In this document: piece by piece, positions 1-8,651 of the stretch | How the letters are laid out: each line of letters begins with the position of its first letter | Position numbering within the stretch: the first letter of the stretch is position 1 | Source of the DNA: a virus | DNA length: 64,000 nucleotides | Virus record (IMG/VR): IMGVR_UViG_3300037488_003551 | Location: 64,001-128,000 of that record | Strand: one strand, 5' to 3' | Translations under genes and position numbers: made by a program | The notes under the pieces: generated by a model | Database searches by the model: none | The model's input: the letters and a program-made list of their open reading frames with translations, nothing else | What the model was told of the DNA's origin: nothing

Positions 1-6
1 CTCTAA

Positions 7-83
7 GAATTCCCATCCACCCTCTCGACGAAAGCTTGGGCAGCAACCTCGTCTTGTAGAGGGTGGATGGGAGTTCTTTTTTT
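7..83 (+). terminator. Long hairpin with U-tail (intrinsic terminator or 3' end of a structured RNA)
   Basis: 19-bp stem 7-25/58-76 (one G.U), inner helix GACGA/TCGTC, followed by T7. Confidence 0.7.
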
Positions 84-116
84 GTGTTTGCTAATAGACA
101 CCAAAGGAGGCAAAAC

Positions 117-314
117 ATGACCCTATTCGAAGCTCTGAAATACGTAGTGCGGGGTACACTGATGTTCTTTCTCGCGGATGAGTGCTCGTCCAAAACGCAC
201 TCGAGGAAAGAACGGAGGAGGGAAAACTGGGCAGAGCATAAACAAAAAGGATACCAAACACACATCTACACCAACCGGATAAGAATCAACCGAATAAAGA
301 TCAACAAGGTGTAA
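117..314 (+). CDS. Small hypothetical protein, MTLFEALK family
   Basis: AGGAGG RBS before ATG117; N-terminus paralogous to 1096..1236. Confidence 0.6.
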   Translation: MTLFEALKYVVRGTLMFFLADECSSKTHSRKERRRENWAEHKQKGYQTHIYTNRIRINRIKINKV

Positions 315-319
315 AACGA

Positions 320-595
320 ATGAAAACCCTGACATTTTTTGTAACCAAACCCAGCACCCTCACGCGCGAGGGATACGTCATACCGGCATCCACCGTTCGG
401 TATGGCTGCTGGTGTAAACGCACTGAGACTAACCTCATCCAGCTGGCGCACCTAACACCCGGCGACATCATTTTGGATGAGGAAGGGCAGACAGTGAAAA
501 TCACACCGAACGGCATTCTCATAACTGAAGGCGCTGTGACGAAGTATGAGATTGATGTGGAACCTTTTCACCTAAAAGAGAAAGAGAAAGAATAG
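320..595 (+). CDS. Hypothetical protein
   Basis: 91-aa ORF tightly packed in + strand run. Confidence 0.65.
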   Translation: MKTLTFFVTKPSTLTREGYVIPASTVRYGCWCKRTETNLIQLAHLTPGDIILDEEGQTVKITPNGILITEGAVTKYEIDVEPFHLKEKEKE

Positions 596-599
596 ACAA

Positions 600-1079
600 A
601 TGGCTAACAACTACACGCAGTTTAGTGAGGGTATGTTTGAAAACCTCACGGCGGAAGAAGAGGCTTGGATAACGGAGGTTCTCAAGGAAAAGGACACGGA
701 GAAAGTTCAAGACCTCTTGGGAGACGTTCAGTTCGACGCTGAGATGTGGCCGGGGTTCCAATTCGAAATCGAGGAGGAAAAGAGATTTAGTGGGAGCGAA
801 AAAGAAGAAGTGGTACGGTATCTCTGGCTCTACTCGGACGAATATGTCTGCAGCGATAACGTCATCGCTTTCCTCCAGTCATTCATCCGTAAGTTTCGAC
901 CAAATGCGATAGTTTCTTTCACCTGGGCGGAGTACTGCTCCAAGCTTCGCATAGGTGAATTTGGCGGCGGTTGGGGCGTAATCACCGCAGAGAAATACGA
1001 GACAGGCTCTGCCCATGGGGAGGCGGCGCGCATCACGGAGGAGCTTAGTGCCGGCGGCAAGAAAAGCGCGCACTACTAA
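600..1079 (+). CDS. Phage hypothetical protein (MANNYTQFS...GEFGGG type)
   Basis: 159-aa ORF, packed spacing. Confidence 0.75.
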   Translation: MANNYTQFSEGMFENLTAEEEAWITEVLKEKDTEKVQDLLGDVQFDAEMWPGFQFEIEEEKRFSGSEKEEVVRYLWLYSDEYVCSDNVIAFLQSFIRKFRPNAIVSFTWAEYCSKLRIGEFGGGWGVITAEKYETGSAHGEAARITEELSAGGKKSAHY

Positions 1080-1095
1080 GAGAAAGGAGGGGAAC

Positions 1096-1236
1096 ATGAC
1101 CCTATTTGAGGCGCTGAAATTGATAGTCCTCGGTGCTCTTCTGCTTTTCTTGGCGACGAAATGCGTGGGGAAAGACCACTTCAAAGCCGAGAGGTTGAGG
1201 GCTACTTCGACCGATGTGACCCCTAAGTCGCCGTGA
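1096..1236 (+). CDS. Small membrane peptide, MTLFEALK family
   Basis: AAGGAGG RBS; hydrophobic LIVLGALLLFLA segment; paralog of 117..314. Confidence 0.6.
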   Translation: MTLFEALKLIVLGALLLFLATKCVGKDHFKAERLRATSTDVTPKSP

Positions 1237-1343
1237 TAAAAAGAGAAGTTTTTTAGGGTTTTCGCAAGAATTCTCTTTACAAAGGCGCGAACCTGCTACA
1301 TTCATGTATTAGAAGCTTTTGCAAAAAAGCAAGGAGGCCCGCT

Positions 1344-1526
1344 ATGTCGCAAACGATACTCGCTTCTCCCAACCGCCGTGTATGGGGCGTCTTCAATTCG
1401 CCGAAAGATGCACGCGAATTCCAAGAGGCCAAGCCAGGTTGGACTGAAGAAGCGTTGCGTTGTAAAAAGTGTGGACTTTTACTTGAGGTCGTTGACGGTT
1501 TACCCCATAAATGTCCACATTTCTAG
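1344..1526 (+). CDS. Small Zn-ribbon-like protein
   Basis: AAGGAGG RBS; CKKC...CPH at C-terminus. Confidence 0.6.
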   Translation: MSQTILASPNRRVWGVFNSPKDAREFQEAKPGWTEEALRCKKCGLLLEVVDGLPHKCPHF

Positions 1527-1544
1527 CTTTTCTAGCCTTTTGCT

Positions 1545-1609
1545 CCACGCACACCATTTAGTAGTTGCGCCTTTCACCTAAAGGTGGGCGTGGAGCCTCT
1601 TCCCTTTTC
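1545..1609 (+). terminator. Hairpin with pyrimidine tail upstream of the HNH gene
   Basis: GCTCCACGC/GCGTGGAGC 9-bp stem with inner CCTTT/AAAGG helix, then CTCTTCCCTTTT. Confidence 0.45.
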
Positions 1610-1647
1610 TAAGCCTATCTTCTAGTCTCGCATACTAAGGACTATCT

Positions 1648-2349
1648 ATGGAAAAACACAATGAACCAATTGAAGAGCAGTTGAAACGTCTTTCGAAGCT
1701 CAACCCGGATACGGGTTGTTTCGTCTGGATTGGGAGTAGAAGTGGGAGGTATGGAGCGGTACGAATACCGCCAAACAGACAGGAAAAAGCGCATATAGTC
1801 GCATGGGAATGTATCTACGGTCCGCGCCCAGAAGGATTTATAATACAGCATACGTGCCGGAACCCACTTTGCGTCAACATCCGCCATCTGGTTCTATTTA
1901 AGAGTTCAGGGGTAGATTCTAGAGACGATATTAAACGGCAATTAGACCGCCTAAAAAGAAGAATAATTATTAATCCTAAAACAGGTTGTTGGGAATGGCA
2001 AGGTTCTACAGCTAAAGGATACGGACGATTACGCGTCGGGAAGCGTTACGTTCTTGCGCATCGCCTAATGTGGGAGTGCGTATACGGAGAGACTAATAAC
2101 CTTCACATTCTTCATAAGTGTGACAATCGAAGTTGCATATGCCCGAGTCATCTATTCTTAGGTACAAATGCCGATAATATGCGAGATAAAGTACTCAAAG
2201 ATCGAGCAGGTATTAAATTAAATATAAAAGAAGTTAAAGATATCCGTACGAGCAAGCTCGCGCCCAAAGACTTAGCAAAAAAATACGGAGTAAGACTTGA
2301 TACTATCTATCGAATCTTGAACCGCGAAACCTGGAAACACATCGAATAA
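1648..2349 (+). CDS. Free-standing HNH homing endonuclease, tandem HNH_3-type domains plus C-terminal HTH
   Basis: Two CxxW.G...YG...AH..W...YG...H.C.N..C....HL repeats; second followed by GTNADNMRD; C-terminal LAKKYGV..TIYRI. Confidence 0.9.
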   Translation: MEKHNEPIEEQLKRLSKLNPDTGCFVWIGSRSGRYGAVRIPPNRQEKAHIVAWECIYGPRPEGFIIQHTCRNPLCVNIRHLVLFKSSGVDSRDDIKRQLDRLKRRIIINPKTGCWEWQGSTAKGYGRLRVGKRYVLAHRLMWECVYGETNNLHILHKCDNRSCICPSHLFLGTNADNMRDKVLKDRAGIKLNIKEVKDIRTSKLAPKDLAKKYGVRLDTIYRILNRETWKHIE

Positions 2350-2404
2350 CTTTTTAGAGTACAGTCCCCACTTGCGGAGAATACCGCCGCGAGTACGGGG
2401 ACAC

Positions 2405-2426
2405 GAAGGGCTTCAAGCCCTTTTTT
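2405..2426 (+). terminator. Intrinsic terminator (copy 1 of duplicated terminator-promoter cassette)
   Basis: AAGGGC-TTCAA-GCCCTT followed by T-run. Confidence 0.75.
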
Positions 2427-2432
2427 GATCTC

Positions 2433-2459
2433 AAAAACCAGGGCTATTTTTGGTAAAAG
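2433..2459 (+). promoter_or_regulatory. Putative phage promoter AAAAY-N12-TGGTANAAG
   Basis: Motif recurs at 2742-2767, 50939-50965 and 57590-57614 (minus); core also at 19294-19302; always just upstream of a gene or RNA. Confidence 0.55.
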
Positions 2460-2464
2460 AATAT

Positions 2465-2733
2465 GGAGAAGAACTTCGGTTCTTCACCCACCGGGTAGCA
2501 CGTGAAAACGTGACTATCCGCTCCCCCTCTTCAGAGGGGGTAAAAACCACTAGGCTCTGTTAGACCCTCCCACTGGGGTCAAAGGTTCAGTGGGCGGCAA
2601 TTGAGGCATGCCGTTAGCCTCCACCGTTCGGGGAGTTAGTCTTCATCTCCCAATAAAAAAAGGACATCCTCTATCCCTGCGTTGGCTCGATGGGATACGA
2701 GAGGAACTAGAAGGGCTGCAAAGCCTTTCTTTT
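2465..2733 (+). ncRNA. Candidate ~265-nt multi-hairpin ncRNA
   Basis: At least 7 consecutive hairpins (including a cUUCGg loop and a GAAA-containing loop) between a promoter motif and a terminator; no convincing ORF start. Confidence 0.55.
2710..2733 (+). terminator. Intrinsic terminator (copy 2)
   Basis: GAAGGGCT-GCAA-AGCCTTTC followed by TTTT. Confidence 0.7.
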
Positions 2734-2741
2734 GATCCCAC

Positions 2742-2767
2742 AAAATCAGGGCCGTTTTTGGTAGAAG
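2742..2767 (+). promoter_or_regulatory. Putative phage promoter (copy 2)
   Basis: AAAATCAGGGCCGTTTTTGGTAGAAG, near-identical to 2433-2459. Confidence 0.55.
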
Positions 2768-2814
2768 TCATTGTCGTCTATTTCGAACACAAACCAACCA
2801 AGGAGACTAAGCAC

Positions 2815-3051
2815 ATGGACCAATCAGACAAAGACCAGCCCTTAAATATTAAAATACCAATATCCCTAATACATAAGTTGGAACAGAAAAAAGTCGATCT
2901 GCGTGTGCATACAAACAAAAATATTTCTCGAAAGGAACTCGTTATAGTTCTTTTAGAACATGGACTTGAGCATTACGAACTCACGGATATTGCCCACGAT
3001 GTTAGCCTTCTCCGCTTACTAGAGAAGATGGAGGATGAATCCAATGTCTAA
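2815..3051 (+). CDS. Ribbon-helix-helix-like DNA-binding protein
   Basis: AAGGAG RBS at ATG2815 (true start inside ORF 2608); LNIKIP..L..KL...ISRKELV..LL pattern. Confidence 0.6.
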   Translation: MDQSDKDQPLNIKIPISLIHKLEQKKVDLRVHTNKNISRKELVIVLLEHGLEHYELTDIAHDVSLLRLLEKMEDESNV

Positions 3052-3274
3052 AACCCTAGGTTATCACAGAAACATGTGCGCAGTAGTTTTTGGAGAAGAC
3101 AGCCCTGCCACGAAATATTTGGACGAGAAAATAGCCAAGCTCGGAGAGGATGAAGAGGTAGTTATTAACGAGGGGCAGCTCATCTTCATGTTGCAAGAGC
3201 TGCATTTTGGTGGGGAGAAAACTGACTTTTTAAAGAAGAAAGAAGGAGAACCCAATGACAATCTGGCTGACTAA
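3044..3274 (+). CDS. Hypothetical protein
   Basis: GGAGG RBS; overlaps previous stop. Confidence 0.65.
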   Translation: MSKTLGYHRNMCAVVFGEDSPATKYLDEKIAKLGEDEEVVINEGQLIFMLQELHFGGEKTDFLKKKEGEPNDNLAD

Positions 3275-3551
3275 AACAGGCGAGTCCATCGAATTCAAAG
3301 ACCTCACCGACCAACATCTTCTCAACATCAAAAAGCATCTGGAGAAAAAAGAAGCAACCGAGTCCAGCATGTACTTCGCCGTGAAGCTCGAAGTCTTCGT
3401 GCGGCAGCATTCCAGTGCCTATCCGTTCATTAACGAGTTGGTAGACCTGCTGCGGGATTACGTGCATGCCGCTACGTCGGAGGCATCATATGAGTGGGAC
3501 CCCCACCAATATATTCTCGAGGACCTTAATGGTCTTGGACAGGAATGGTAG
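3255..3551 (+). CDS. Hypothetical protein (W.TK.G..I...DLTD.HL.NI motif)
   Basis: AAGGAG RBS; 98 aa. Confidence 0.7.
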   Translation: MTIWLTKTGESIEFKDLTDQHLLNIKKHLEKKEATESSMYFAVKLEVFVRQHSSAYPFINELVDLLRDYVHAATSEASYEWDPHQYILEDLNGLGQEW

Positions 3552-3554
3552 TAA

Positions 3555-4100
3555 ATGAACATCTATGAGACTTGGACTAAAGACGACCAACGCGTCGTCA
3601 TCCTTTACGACGAAGACGCAGAGAATCCACGAGAATGGTATTCTGATAGAAGTACGCTCGTCACAAAACATCGTCGTTATAAGCTGGGCGACCGGGAACC
3701 GCTCAGCGATACCGAGTACGGCGAACGATGCAACGATGAGAAGTTGGTGGTGCTCCCCGTGTACATGTACGAACATTCGAGTATTGCACTATCGACGGGT
3801 CCCTTTTCATGTCCTTGGGACAGCGGGCAATTAGGGTTCATCTACGCGAAAATTGAGGAGGGGCAAAAGCACGAAGATGTAGCGAAGCAGCTGGAGCAAG
3901 AGGTTAAAATCTATGGCGCCTTCCTAGGGGGCGAGGTCTTCTGTTTCAATCGAGAACGCAAGAAGACCTGTCCCACTTGTGAGCACACCACCTGGGAACA
4001 TATCGATAGCTGTGGCGGCTATATAGACTACCCTGAGAAGAGTAACATATACGAAGACGCTTTCCCCGAAGGAAAGGAAGGATGGGAACTAAGCACCTGA
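3555..4100 (+). CDS. Phage hypothetical protein (NPREW...YMYEHS...FSCPWDSGQ type)
   Basis: 181-aa ORF with motif-rich sequence. Confidence 0.75.
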   Translation: MNIYETWTKDDQRVVILYDEDAENPREWYSDRSTLVTKHRRYKLGDREPLSDTEYGERCNDEKLVVLPVYMYEHSSIALSTGPFSCPWDSGQLGFIYAKIEEGQKHEDVAKQLEQEVKIYGAFLGGEVFCFNRERKKTCPTCEHTTWEHIDSCGGYIDYPEKSNIYEDAFPEGKEGWELST

Positions 4101-4558
4101 TTGACTGGGACTCCGTTCCTTTAGGCTTGGAACCCGACCATATCGTCGCAAAACGGTTAGGATGCCGCCCTTCTTGGGTCAGTGATAACCGGCGAAAGCG
4201 CGGCATTCCTTCTCCCGAAAAAGAAGCACAAAAATTTAAAGTGGGCGCCGTTGCCACCTACGAGCAGCAGTGGCGATACAAAGAGCAATGGGAGCAATTC
4301 CCTTTAACAACAGAGACACTGTGTCGACAGTGCGAGGAGGATTTCTATTTAGATAAGCAGCGGGGGATAGGCAGACTCCGGGTAATTGAGCGCCGCGATA
4401 CGGACCAAGGAGTCTATTGCCTAAGTCATTACGCAGCCCTACCTCTCTGCGCGTGCTGTGAGCGCGACTTCGCACCCCGAGAAAATAGCCTGTGCGAGAG
4501 CTGCTGTAACAAATTCGGACAACAGATGGCAAAGTCTTATATGGAGCTGGAGGAGTGA
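4082..4558 (+). CDS. HTH plus Cys-rich Zn-finger protein
   Basis: LG.EPD..VA.RLG....V...R...GI HTH; CRQC, CACC and CESC motifs. Confidence 0.65.
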   Translation: MGTKHLIDWDSVPLGLEPDHIVAKRLGCRPSWVSDNRRKRGIPSPEKEAQKFKVGAVATYEQQWRYKEQWEQFPLTTETLCRQCEEDFYLDKQRGIGRLRVIERRDTDQGVYCLSHYAALPLCACCERDFAPRENSLCESCCNKFGQQMAKSYMELEE

Positions 4559-4875
4559 TGCGCATAAACAGGGAGGATATTCTCAGGTATATAACGGACT
4601 ATTATCAGCTGGAAAAATACATAGCACCCTACTTGGTAGATAAAGGATTCTACTATCATGGCTTCTGGGTTTTCATCTGGGTCTCGACGGAGATACACGA
4701 ATTCTTTCAAGAGTGGCTAAACGAGCATTTTTACTATATGGTACAATCCAATCTAAAGGGTTCAGTTTGGACGGGCACCACCATCCATTTTGGGGAGAGT
4801 GCCTGGGTAGAGAAAAACAAAAGCATAAGGGATTGGGGAGAAAAGCATGGGTATCAATTCTTCAACGAAAACTAA
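4555..4875 (+). CDS. Hypothetical protein
   Basis: Start overlaps previous stop. Confidence 0.6.
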   Translation: MMRINREDILRYITDYYQLEKYIAPYLVDKGFYYHGFWVFIWVSTEIHEFFQEWLNEHFYYMVQSNLKGSVWTGTTIHFGESAWVEKNKSIRDWGEKHGYQFFNEN

Positions 4876-5128
4876 ACTCATCGAGAATCTTCGACACGTG
4901 ATAGCGTTACGTAGAAAGCAGATAGTACTTCTGGAACAGCGGCTAAAATGGGCTGAGGCTTTTGTTAATAAAATTTCAGGCGGAACGGATACTTTATCCG
5001 AGGCAGAAAAAATCAGCCTCAGAAAAGTGGGATTCATTCTATTTGAATCACCTTTCGATTTAGACAAAATGGAAAAGGTAGAAAAGGAACTGAAGGAGCA
5101 AAATGGCGACCTACGGCGAGGTACGTGA
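4847..5128 (+). CDS. Hypothetical protein, paralog of N-terminus of 5282..5854
   Basis: LRHVIALRRKQ...LKWAE vs IRDLITLRKEQ...LHWVE. Confidence 0.65.
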   Translation: MGINSSTKTKLIENLRHVIALRRKQIVLLEQRLKWAEAFVNKISGGTDTLSEAEKISLRKVGFILFESPFDLDKMEKVEKELKEQNGDLRRGT

Positions 5129-5285
5129 AGTCCTTAAAACGCTAGACCACTGCATAACAAAAAGTGAGAAGTTCGGCGCCCGAATGGCGCTCTGGCGACA
5201 CGTCGACGAGACGGATATCCAAACGCTAGATAGACTCCTTGATGAATTGCGGGTATTAAGAGCAGGGAAAGAAGTGTGCAAATGA
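5103..5285 (+). CDS. Hypothetical protein
   Basis: AAGGAG RBS; 60 aa. Confidence 0.6.
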   Translation: MATYGEVREVLKTLDHCITKSEKFGARMALWRHVDETDIQTLDRLLDELRVLRAGKEVCK

Positions 5286-5854
5286 AACCTATCAAGAGTC
5301 TCGTCGCAACTATTCGTGACCTTATAACGCTTCGAAAGGAACAGCTCTCATCCCTGCATGTCATGCTGCACTGGGTCGAGGTCGAGCTCAATAAGGTCGT
5401 ATCAAAGTTGGATAACGCCGCCTTGATGTTGGACTCCAGGCTGGACGACGAGACCAAGGGGCGCTTGAAGATGCTCGTCTCCGCGTTGGAGATGTCCCCC
5501 ATCGACATGAAGCGGGTTGACGAGTTCGAGGCCCTGCTCAATAAGAAGACGGTAGAGATTCCGTCTATCCCGCCTTCCCTGGCGACACCCTCGACAGCGC
5601 CTCCACCCCCTGCTCGCATCATGCAGGCCGGCGAAGCCGTCAAGCGCTTTGGTAACACGCTTATCGGCCAGGTCATCCAGACAGAGGCCATGGGTCATTA
5701 TCCAGGCGGCCCTGCCATCGTATCGCAAATCAATCCCGACATCGGCGCCCCGGACATCGTCCTGAACGTGAAGAGCCCCGCCTATGACAACGGGCGCGAG
5801 ATTGGGATTTTTGAGGATGAGAATATCGGAGTAGAGGAGAAGAAAAATGATTGA
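5282..5854 (+). CDS. Two-domain hypothetical protein with Pro-rich linker
   Basis: N-domain like 4847 product, C-domain like 16426 product. Confidence 0.7.
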   Translation: MKPIKSLVATIRDLITLRKEQLSSLHVMLHWVEVELNKVVSKLDNAALMLDSRLDDETKGRLKMLVSALEMSPIDMKRVDEFEALLNKKTVEIPSIPPSLATPSTAPPPPARIMQAGEAVKRFGNTLIGQVIQTEAMGHYPGGPAIVSQINPDIGAPDIVLNVKSPAYDNGREIGIFEDENIGVEEKKND

Positions 5855-6443
5855 GTACAAGAGTAAATTAGTGAGATTGGTTGTAGCTATTAGCGACGAA
5901 GATACACAGGTCATGGCGTATCAATTACAGAAAAATCATGATCCTCGTGAATTCAAAAGATTACAACTAGACCTTTCGGATAAGCATGAAGGTTCAGCTT
6001 ATGACTTTTTAGATGTAAAAAATTGGTATGGTAGCAGGGACGTGTCTGATAACGATGAACTCTGGTATATCGAAGGATATCATTCTGGTGTTGAGCCGGA
6101 AAACGAAGACGAAGAAGAGGCGTTGTACGAGAGTAAAGCCGCTGACAGTAAATTCGAAATAACGCTTCGAGAGCCTCTTAACTTGAAAACCTATATAAAG
6201 CATTGGGTTATTCCTTTTGCCTTAAAAGACCATCAGATGATGCTGTTGATGGCAACAGATTGTTTACAGGCCTTTGCGTCACTTACCCATGCTTTGAGTC
6301 AATTATGGGAAAGTGAAAATCCCGCAGCAAAAACATTTGCATACGTCTTATCTACGTTGATTAAGAGAGCCATTAAAACCAAGAGTGGAATGACTTCTTT
6401 GGATTTTTGTTCGGTCTATATAGATAAAACACCTGAGGATTAG
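5847..6443 (+). CDS. Hypothetical protein
   Basis: 198 aa, GAGGAG RBS. Confidence 0.7.
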   Translation: MIEYKSKLVRLVVAISDEDTQVMAYQLQKNHDPREFKRLQLDLSDKHEGSAYDFLDVKNWYGSRDVSDNDELWYIEGYHSGVEPENEDEEEALYESKAADSKFEITLREPLNLKTYIKHWVIPFALKDHQMMLLMATDCLQAFASLTHALSQLWESENPAAKTFAYVLSTLIKRAIKTKSGMTSLDFCSVYIDKTPED

Positions 6444-6710
6444 ATGGTCACATTCTTCACCTGCGCCTGGTTCGCCGTCCTCACCATCTTCGGGCTGCGT
6501 CATCTTATAGGACCAGACGACGATAACGAAGGGGCTAATTTTCATGTGAGAGCGCTCCCCAATAAACACGAGCTCGAGCTCCGAGTCACAGTCTCCAAAA
6601 CAGATGGGCGGTCGTGGCGCGTCGTCCATCGTTTCAACGAAGAAGAAATTAAACAGATTATAAGAGTTTGCTACGAGAGCATCGACGTCATGCCTAAGAG
6701 GGTGAAATGA
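6444..6710 (+). CDS. Membrane-anchored hypothetical protein
   Basis: N-terminal hydrophobic helix. Confidence 0.6.
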   Translation: MVTFFTCAWFAVLTIFGLRHLIGPDDDNEGANFHVRALPNKHELELRVTVSKTDGRSWRVVHRFNEEEIKQIIRVCYESIDVMPKRVK

Positions 6711-6946
6711 AAGGCATCTGGTATTCATCCAACGGTCGGGGGTGCGAGCACTGGTTCTTATATACCGAGCGAGCTAATAGAGCAGGCTGGGAAGCCATCA
6801 GCCGCTGTGGTATGACCTATGCTCTTCCCTCTCTTTTAAAAGATAAGTTCGAATGGCGCGAAGCACATCTACATGCGCCCCGTATTGAGGGGCGGCTTTG
6901 TGGGACGTGTTTGAAGCTGAAGAAGAAAGATAAGGAGGAGAAATGA
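6707..6946 (+). CDS. Small Cys/His Zn-binding protein
   Basis: H...CG...CGTC pattern; ATGA overlaps. Confidence 0.65.
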   Translation: MKGIWYSSNGRGCEHWFLYTERANRAGWEAISRCGMTYALPSLLKDKFEWREAHLHAPRIEGRLCGTCLKLKKKDKEEK

Positions 6947-7557
6947 AAGCGAAAGAATTAGCTGAGCTTCTTTTGGAACGCCCAGAAAAAGAAATCACGG
7001 TATCAGTTGATATCTCAAAAGGAGAAGACGATGCTGAACTGCGTGCCTTCGGAGATGATATTATCGAGGTAATGCATACCACGAGTGAGACTGTTTTAAT
7101 CTGTACAGGTAAAACAAATCAGGAGTTAGTCGAAGGATATGACAAGCGGATGTTGGCTGACTTGAAAAAAATGTGGTCAGAAGCGTGCGAAATTGCGCGT
7201 ACGCATTGCCCTGTCGACGTAGGAAGAAGCCACCTGAAAGATGGTATCCCTAAGCTCGCAAAACGCGCAGCCGATGCCGAAGCTGAACGGGATAAGTTAT
7301 TAGAACAGATTGATGCGTATAGAGCTGACCGACGTGGACTAGAGCCTCTTCATTGGGCATTCGCTGAGTACGATAATATGAGACCATTACGGCCAAACTT
7401 GAACGAAAAATCTTATGAAGAATTGATGAAAAAGATAGATACGAAAATCGTCGAAGAACTAACGATAGCGTCTATCGTTGCAAAGAATGAGGAGCTCAAA
7501 GAACGCGTGGAGGTTTTGGAGATGGCGGTCGAATACCTGAACGGAGAAAAGAAATGA
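6943..7557 (+). CDS. Hypothetical coiled-coil protein
   Basis: AAGGAGGAG RBS; 204 aa. Confidence 0.7.
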   Translation: MKAKELAELLLERPEKEITVSVDISKGEDDAELRAFGDDIIEVMHTTSETVLICTGKTNQELVEGYDKRMLADLKKMWSEACEIARTHCPVDVGRSHLKDGIPKLAKRAADAEAERDKLLEQIDAYRADRRGLEPLHWAFAEYDNMRPLRPNLNEKSYEELMKKIDTKIVEELTIASIVAKNEELKERVEVLEMAVEYLNGEKK

Positions 7558-7838
7558 AAATCGGAGAACTAGCAGACCTGCTGCGCGAGCTCGATATATT
7601 CACGGAACGTTATATAGACCAAAGAGATTGGATTGGGCGTTTTGAAGCCCGGGGAGAAACGACAAAAGTTGAGGAGCAAAAGCTACGCATCGAGGAAATC
7701 AAGCAGAAAATTATGACGCTGCGGGATAAAGAGCTGACGCCTATGACGGAGATGCGAGAGGCATCGGCACGTAATCCGGCCGAAGAGCAGATACCCCTGG
7801 AGATTTGGAATTTGGCGCTAACTACAAAGGAGAACTAA
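7554..7838 (+). CDS. Hypothetical protein
   Basis: ATGA overlap. Confidence 0.65.
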   Translation: MKIGELADLLRELDIFTERYIDQRDWIGRFEARGETTKVEEQKLRIEEIKQKIMTLRDKELTPMTEMREASARNPAEEQIPLEIWNLALTTKEN

Positions 7839-7842
7839 AGAA

Positions 7843-8073
7843 ATGAACGAGATACTCGATAGAATCGCATCCCTAGAAGCTGACCTCACACACGCGTACC
7901 TTCTTAGGAAGGAATTAGAACGACGGCTAGAAGAGAAAGGAATCGAGCTACTGAGATACAAACAAACACTGGCCAAGATTTTGAATATGTCCCTGACCTA
8001 CACAGGAATTGAGGAGATGGATAAAATCAGCGAATTCATTAAAGAGTTCGTGGAGAAAGAGGTACGTGGATGA
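7843..8073 (+). CDS. Hypothetical protein, MNEILDRIA family
   Basis: First 27 nt identical to start of 8070 gene. Confidence 0.65.
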   Translation: MNEILDRIASLEADLTHAYLLRKELERRLEEKGIELLRYKQTLAKILNMSLTYTGIEEMDKISEFIKEFVEKEVRG

Positions 8074-8594
8074 ACGAGATACTCGATAGAATCGCAGCGG
8101 CCCTCGAGAAGCAAACTGAGCTACTCGCTAAAAGTGTCGCGCTGCAAGAAGAGGGGTGCGTAAGAAGTCGGGAGATGCAAGCGCTCAATTACGAACATAC
8201 CCTGCTTTCTATAGAGCGGCATCACCTTCTGCGAATGCGTGAATTCTTGGCGCTCTTTGCCTATGCGGGAGCAGAGCGCTCGACCATATTCCCCGTTGTC
8301 TCGGCGGCCTACGAAAAATGGAAACTAGCCGTTGAAGATATCAGTCCTGAGGCAAATATTGGTTTTAATGTTATCGAGCGTATTTATCAAAACGACCTGA
8401 GACAAGTTCAACAAGAAATCTTAAAACGTATCGAGGCTGGAACTACGGAGGGCCTTTCTAGAGACTTAGTTGCAGCCCTTGAAGTCGTCAACAACTTTTT
8501 GCACAAGAAGGAAGAGGTTCCCGCGGAAGAGGACGAGGATGAAGATGAGGACGAGGACGAAGGCCCGGACGACCCCAAAAAAGCGTCGTTCTGA
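8070..8594 (+). CDS. Hypothetical protein, MNEILDRIA family, acidic C-terminal tail
   Basis: EEDEDEDEDEDE tract. Confidence 0.7.
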   Translation: MNEILDRIAAALEKQTELLAKSVALQEEGCVRSREMQALNYEHTLLSIERHHLLRMREFLALFAYAGAERSTIFPVVSAAYEKWKLAVEDISPEANIGFNVIERIYQNDLRQVQQEILKRIEAGTTEGLSRDLVAALEVVNNFLHKKEEVPAEEDEDEDEDEDEGPDDPKKASF

Positions 8595-8651
8595 TTTACT
8601 CCTGCCCTTTTAACAAACAACCCAAAATCTAGATTCGAGGAGGACACAAAA

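Noticed and set aside
1527-2430. Group I intron or IscB/HEARO locus around the HNH gene
   Set aside because: No interrupted host gene, no recognisable P7 core, and the protein lacks PLMP and RuvC motifs
2465-2630. tRNA/tmRNA suggested by GCCTCCACC
   Set aside because: No T-arm (TTCRA) at the right distance and no acceptor-stem partner
2608-2814. N-terminal extension of the RHH ORF from ATG2608
   Set aside because: Runs through hairpins, a terminator and a promoter; the good RBS is at 2815
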